From positions 1,280,001-1,344,000 of the forward strand of contig OZ244239.1 in NCBI GenBank assembly GCA_965217115.1: a DNA stretch of 64,000 nt, given 5' to 3'. Of the stretch, positions 59,834 to 64,000 are shown piece by piece; positions within the stretch are counted from its first letter, which is position 1, and the number at the start of each line of letters is the position of its first letter. Made by a program: the position numbers and the translations under genes. Source of the DNA: Bdellovibrionales bacterium. GTDB lineage: Bacteria; Bdellovibrionota; Bdellovibrionia; Bdellovibrionales; CAYMLA01. The notes under the pieces are model-generated. The model made no database searches, had not been told where the DNA came from, and saw nothing but the letters and a program-made list of their open reading frames with translations.

Positions 59834-61153
59834 CTAAAGTCCTTCAGGGAAAAATGATGTTCTTGCCTCGAAATCTGGAGTGCTTGTGTCATAGGTGTCG
59901 CCAGTAAGAGAGTTAAGAATGTCATCAAAATCAAAGAAATCATTACACAAGTTGCCGAACTCATCGTTATATTGACACCCAGCTGGGTCGCCTTCTAGCC
60001 CTTCGACATCGGGGTTCCCCTCTGTAGCAAGGGTTGTCGCGTATTTATGAAATTCTTCAGATGTGTTCCACTCACGGATAAAAACTCTGATTCTGTGTTT
60101 AACTTCAAAACCTCCATCAAGACAGTCAAATTCAAAGGCTTCGTTTCCTTTTTGAACAAGAGAGCCATCTAAATCATCAATCGGTTCAACGGCATAGGGA
60201 AGAGGAGATTCTCCTTGGTAATATCCTCTGTGACCATGGATTTTTTCAGTGGAGGAGGGGGGGGGGGTTATATAAAAGTTCGCCATTGTTGAAAACGTCG
60301 ATTGAGTTGTTGAAACATTCGATGGCATGGAGATCTGGGCATTCAATCCGATGTTTGCGCCACCAGAGCTTTCAGGGATAGTTTGAATAAGAGCTTTAGG
60401 GTAGCCATCGTCATCAAAAATGCTCCAACCAGCGCTCCCTGGACCGCCGATGCAGTTTCTAACGTCACCACCCCAGTTTTCCGTTGAAGTTTCAGTGGAG
60501 GATACGCCGTCCTCATCTGTCCTTGTCACCTCCAACTCGTAATCCCCAAAACAACAGGCTTGATCATTGCCATTCTTGTATCTACAGGAGACAGCATTCT
60601 CTGCGACTTCTAATTCCAGGTGGTTCGAACAATCAATCATATTACCGGAAAAAGAATGTTCTGCTTGGCAAGTCATCTTATCATCTGCATCGAACGCCAT
60701 GCTGATCTTTGAGGGGCCCGTTCCTGATGATGTATTCCAGTGCCAAGCGGGTCTAGACCTTACATGCTGACAAAGGTCTGGTGGAACATTGTATTGCAGA
60801 TTGAGGGCATGCATATAAAGATCCCCTTCTAAAACATCTATGTAGCAATCCTTTGGCATGCTGCTCGATTCGGTGACGTCAATGCGACATTCTGATCCCC
60901 AAAAATAGTCACCTAGGCCGGCATTGATGTAGGTCGGAAACTCGTCATTTTTCAAAGTGACCCAAAAGCTAGAAGGCTCAATATCTCCGACAGGTGTCGT
61001 GCCAGGATTAGTACCAGAACCAGGGCCAGGATTGGTATCAGGATCTTCTGAGGAAAAATAAGAGCTACCGGTGTCTTCTTCAGCACTGCACCCTGTAAGA
61101 GAAGCAAGCAAAAACAACAGACAAAAACATTTCAACATAGATTTTAAACTCAT
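59834..61153 (-). CDS. Hypothetical acidic, Cys-rich lipoprotein
   Basis: Lipobox LTGC, Pro/Gly/Thr linker, many Cys, RBS gagg. Confidence 0.75.
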   Translation of the reverse strand: MSLKSMLKCFCLLFLLASLTGCSAEEDTGSSYFSSEDPDTNPGPGSGTNPGTTPVGDIEPSSFWVTLKNDEFPTYINAGLGDYFWGSECRIDVTESSSMPKDCYIDVLEGDLYMHALNLQYNVPPDLCQHVRSRPAWHWNTSSGTGPSKISMAFDADDKMTCQAEHSFSGNMIDCSNHLELEVAENAVSCRYKNGNDQACCFGDYELEVTRTDEDGVSSTETSTENWGGDVRNCIGGPGSAGWSIFDDDGYPKALIQTIPESSGGANIGLNAQISMPSNVSTTQSTFSTMANFYITPPPSSTEKIHGHRGYYQGESPLPYAVEPIDDLDGSLVQKGNEAFEFDCLDGGFEVKHRIRVFIREWNTSEEFHKYATTLATEGNPDVEGLEGDPAGCQYNDEFGNLCNDFFDFDDILNSLTGDTYDTSTPDFEARTSFFPEGL

Positions 61154-61311
61154 AATCAGACCTCTTAGAACGATGTTTATGTAAAAAAAACATTTTCAAT
61201 ATAAATTGTCGCAAAACTGATCGTCTTAACTCTTAGTTGACTTGATAAAAAGCAATAATATTTAGACAAAAGTATTGAGTTCGATCAGACACTGGTGGAG
61301 ACCTATAAATA

Positions 61312-62067
61312 ATGAATGTTTTTAAATATGGAAAGTGTTATAATTTAGAGTTTATGAGTTGTTTACTAGCGGGGTTCTTACCAAGAGTGTTGTTTTTGCT
61401 GAGCTTAAATCCTCTGTATTTTGGGTTAGACGGGGCTTTTGCTGCCGAGAGAGGCAGTGATAATAAATTAGAGTTAAAAAAAAGATTTGTTCAAATAAAA
61501 AAACGCTATAAAAAGGCTGCGTCGGTAAAGATGAATTTCACAAAAAAGACGTCCTCTGAGTTTGGCTTTAATAAAGTCGAGAAGGGTTATTTTACGGGGG
61601 TTTTTCAAAGAAAAAATTCTTTATTTCGCTTAGAAATACCTAAGAAATCGATATTAATCTTTGATGGAAAACAAGTGTGGTCGGTTGTTTTTCCCGCAAG
61701 TGGTTTTAATTATCCTCCGCAGGTTTTAAAGAGCCGCAAAGGAAAGGCTTTAGAGTTGAATAAATTTTGGTCGTCTATTTTTGGTTTTGCAGATATTGAA
61801 GAGAATTTCACGATTTTATCGATGAAATGGGGCTTGAGGAAAGAGTTGGCTATTTACACCTTGAAGCCCAAGAGAGGAACAGCATCTTTGAATAAATTTG
61901 TTTTAAAGATCAATCGTTTTGCGAGAATTATCCAAGAATTATCTTACACAGATGATTTAGGTAATCAGATGAGTTATGTTTTTAGTAACGTACGTTTAAC
62001 TGAAAAAATAAAAAAAGATATTTTTAAATTTAAAATACCGGAAGGTTCTATTGTAGAGAGCTTTTAG
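61312..62067 (+). CDS. LolA-like outer-membrane lipoprotein carrier
   Basis: FRLE.PK..ILIFDGKQVW, YTDDLGNQMSYVFSN, FKFKIPEG; start uncertain. Confidence 0.75.
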   Translation: MNVFKYGKCYNLEFMSCLLAGFLPRVLFLLSLNPLYFGLDGAFAAERGSDNKLELKKRFVQIKKRYKKAASVKMNFTKKTSSEFGFNKVEKGYFTGVFQRKNSLFRLEIPKKSILIFDGKQVWSVVFPASGFNYPPQVLKSRKGKALELNKFWSSIFGFADIEENFTILSMKWGLRKELAIYTLKPKRGTASLNKFVLKINRFARIIQELSYTDDLGNQMSYVFSNVRLTEKIKKDIFKFKIPEGSIVESF

Positions 62068-62074
62068 AAGGTTA

Positions 62075-63469
62075 ATGGGGGAAGTAAAATTGGGATACAC
62101 AAAGGGTGTGGAGAATAAAAAAAAGGTTCACTTTGTCAGCTTGGGCTGCCCTAAGAATCTTGTGGATACAGAGATTATGTTAGGTTCTCTAACGAAGAAA
62201 GGGTATGAGGTTGTTGAAAGAGAGGAAGATGCTGACACGGTCATCGTAAACACCTGTGGTTTTATCGAAGAATCTAAAAAAGAATCTATTGATAAAATTC
62301 TTGAAATATCTGAGCTTAAAAAACGAGGAGAGTTAAAGAAGCTCGTTGTGGCTGGCTGTCTTACGCAAAGATACAAGGATGATTTAGTGGAAGGACTTCC
62401 GGAGGCAGATCTTTTTGTTGGTTCAGGGGAGTTCCAAAACATAGCGCAAATTTTAGAAGGTTCTTATGGAGGAAAAGAAGAAAAGCGTTTTTTTAACCTG
62501 CCAACGTATTTGCAAGAAGAGGGTACGCCAAGGATGAACTCCCAGCCGTCTTACAGAGCTTATTTAAAAATATCAGAAGGTTGTAAAAAACGCTGTGCTT
62601 TTTGTGCTATTCCTAAAATTCGTGGGAATTTACAGTCGAGACGTTTGGAGAGTATTATTAGTGAGGCCAAACTTCTTTTTGCCGGAGGTGTTCGAGAAAT
62701 AGATGTTATTTCCCATGATTTCACTGATTATGGTTGGGACCTGAGAAAAAAAACAACAACAGAGGCAAAGGAATCCCCCGTAGAGTTATTGAGAGGTTTG
62801 TCCGATGTGCATGGTCTGGACTGGATTCGTGTTTTGTATCTTTACCCAGATGGAGTGACCCCGGAGCTAGTTGCGTTGATAAAAGAGCGTGATAATTTGG
62901 TGAATTATTTTGACATGCCATTGCAGCATATTAACAATTCTATTTTAAAGGCCATGAATCGAAAGATGACTCGCGAAGAAATAACAAATGTTTTGACAAT
63001 GATTCGTAGAGAGATTCCAGATGCGGTTATTAGAACTCAGTTTATTGTTGGTTATCCTGGGGAGACTGAGGAGGATTTTGAGGAGCTTTTAGATTTTATT
63101 GAAGAACAGAGATTCGATCGCGTCGGGTGCTTTATGTACTCTCCTGAAGATAATACACCAGCTGGTCGCATGGAAAATCAAATTGACGAAGAGACTAAGA
63201 GTCGTCGTCATGACACTTTGATGGAAATGCAGATGCATATCAGTCGAGAAAAACATAAAAGATTTTTGGGGCAAACAATTGAGGTGATTGTTGAAGGTTA
63301 TAGTGATGAAACAGATTTATTGTTACAAGCACGAATGTCACAACAAGCTCCAGAAATTGATGGCGTGGTTCTTATTAATGAGGGAGAGGCTAAAATTGGA
63401 CAGGTCGTTAAAGTGCAAGTGACTGAAACGATGGACTACGATCTTATCGGGTCTATCGTTGAGATATAG
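62075..63469 (+). CDS. rimO: Ribosomal protein S12 methylthiotransferase
   Basis: SLGCPKNLVD, VNTCGFI, AGCL.QRY, AYLKISEGC...CAFCAIP, TRAM domain. Confidence 0.97.
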   Translation: MGEVKLGYTKGVENKKKVHFVSLGCPKNLVDTEIMLGSLTKKGYEVVEREEDADTVIVNTCGFIEESKKESIDKILEISELKKRGELKKLVVAGCLTQRYKDDLVEGLPEADLFVGSGEFQNIAQILEGSYGGKEEKRFFNLPTYLQEEGTPRMNSQPSYRAYLKISEGCKKRCAFCAIPKIRGNLQSRRLESIISEAKLLFAGGVREIDVISHDFTDYGWDLRKKTTTEAKESPVELLRGLSDVHGLDWIRVLYLYPDGVTPELVALIKERDNLVNYFDMPLQHINNSILKAMNRKMTREEITNVLTMIRREIPDAVIRTQFIVGYPGETEEDFEELLDFIEEQRFDRVGCFMYSPEDNTPAGRMENQIDEETKSRRHDTLMEMQMHISREKHKRFLGQTIEVIVEGYSDETDLLLQARMSQQAPEIDGVVLINEGEAKIGQVVKVQVTETMDYDLIGSIVEI

Positions 63470-63676
63470 TATGAATGAGGGGGTTGCCAAAAAGCTTAAC
63501 TAGAGAAGAGAGTGTAGGTTTTTATAAAAATAGAGTATTCAACTATATCAGAGGACGTATTTTTGTTTTCAAATCAGTTTATAGTTATTTTTGTTTTTTT
63601 GGCGATTGTCTTTTTCCTTGTTAACGTACTAGTTAGCTAGTCCCTATTTAAGGGCGCTTTAAAAGTGGGAAACTTC

Positions 63677-64000
63677 TTAGGAAGGAAAAACGTAGATATC
63701 ACTGTAATTACGACCGAACTGATCGCTGTCCATGCCGTAGCCGACAACATATCGATCTTCGATGGTTTTTCCGATATAGTCCGGGCGAAGGGGGAGCTCT
63801 CGACGGGCGGGCTTGTCTAATAAGGTTGCGATTTTTAATGATGCTGGATAGGAAGAGAGCAAGTGATCCTTTAGAAAGGCGAGGGTACGACCTGTGTCAA
63901 TGATCTCCTCTACAATTATGACATGTTTATCTTTTAAGTCAGTGGAGATATCTTTGTGGATAAGAATTGTGTTTTTCTTTGAAACAGCAGAGATATAAAT
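63677..64000 (-). CDS. hpt: Hypoxanthine phosphoribosyltransferase (5' part outside window)
   Basis: Minus strand reads HVIIVEEIIDTGRTL, LLDKPARR, VVGYGMD. Confidence 0.88.
   Translation of the reverse strand: MYISAVSKKNTILIHKDISTDLKDKHVIIVEEIIDTGRTLAFLKDHLLSSYPASLKIATLLDKPARRELPLRPDYIGKTIEDRYVVGYGMDSDQFGRNYSDIYVFPS

Noticed and set aside
15452..63274. Numerous 60-150 aa ORFs overlapping mfd, nuo, lon, acc, rng, rimO and others
   Set aside because: Antisense or out-of-frame shadows of confidently assigned genes, with no independent evidence

Overview
AT-rich bacterial chromosome segment. Gene content (TIGR02147-type regulator, split nuo operon, pilT, many secreted hypotheticals) points to a Bdellovibrionota-like lineage; this is inference. 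Most of the window is housekeeping: end of atpD-atpC, mfd, membrane-arm nuoAHJKLMN, lon, dksA, grpE-dnaJ, hemW, M16 peptidase, tatB/C, acyl-CoA carboxylase, deoC-pdp-PNP, pilT, rng, rplU-rpmA-obg-nadD/rsfS-rlmH, DEAD helicase, lolA, rimO and partial hpt. The standout is an accessory locus at ~2.9-13.4 kb. It has a TIGR02147-like HTH regulator, an HEXXH peptidase and up to five secreted proteins of an apparently shared helical family. Three of these form a tandem cassette array with a near-identical N-terminal domain and swappable C-termini. Two C-termini are FGE-type C-type-lectin domains whose last ~45 codons look like diversity-generating-retroelement (DGR) variable regions: hypervariable codons between adenine-free constant codons, followed by an identical 58-bp tail. 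No reverse transcriptase or template repeat is visible in the window. A shared palindromic operator/promoter motif precedes two transcription units of the locus. A second accessory patch (33.3-38.4 kb) has a LysR regulator, a Tat-exported intradiol-dioxygenase-like protein, YceI, a diheme lipoprotein and a Cyc2-like diheme cytochrome-porin fusion. No rRNA, tRNA, CRISPR array, integrase or transposase was recognised.
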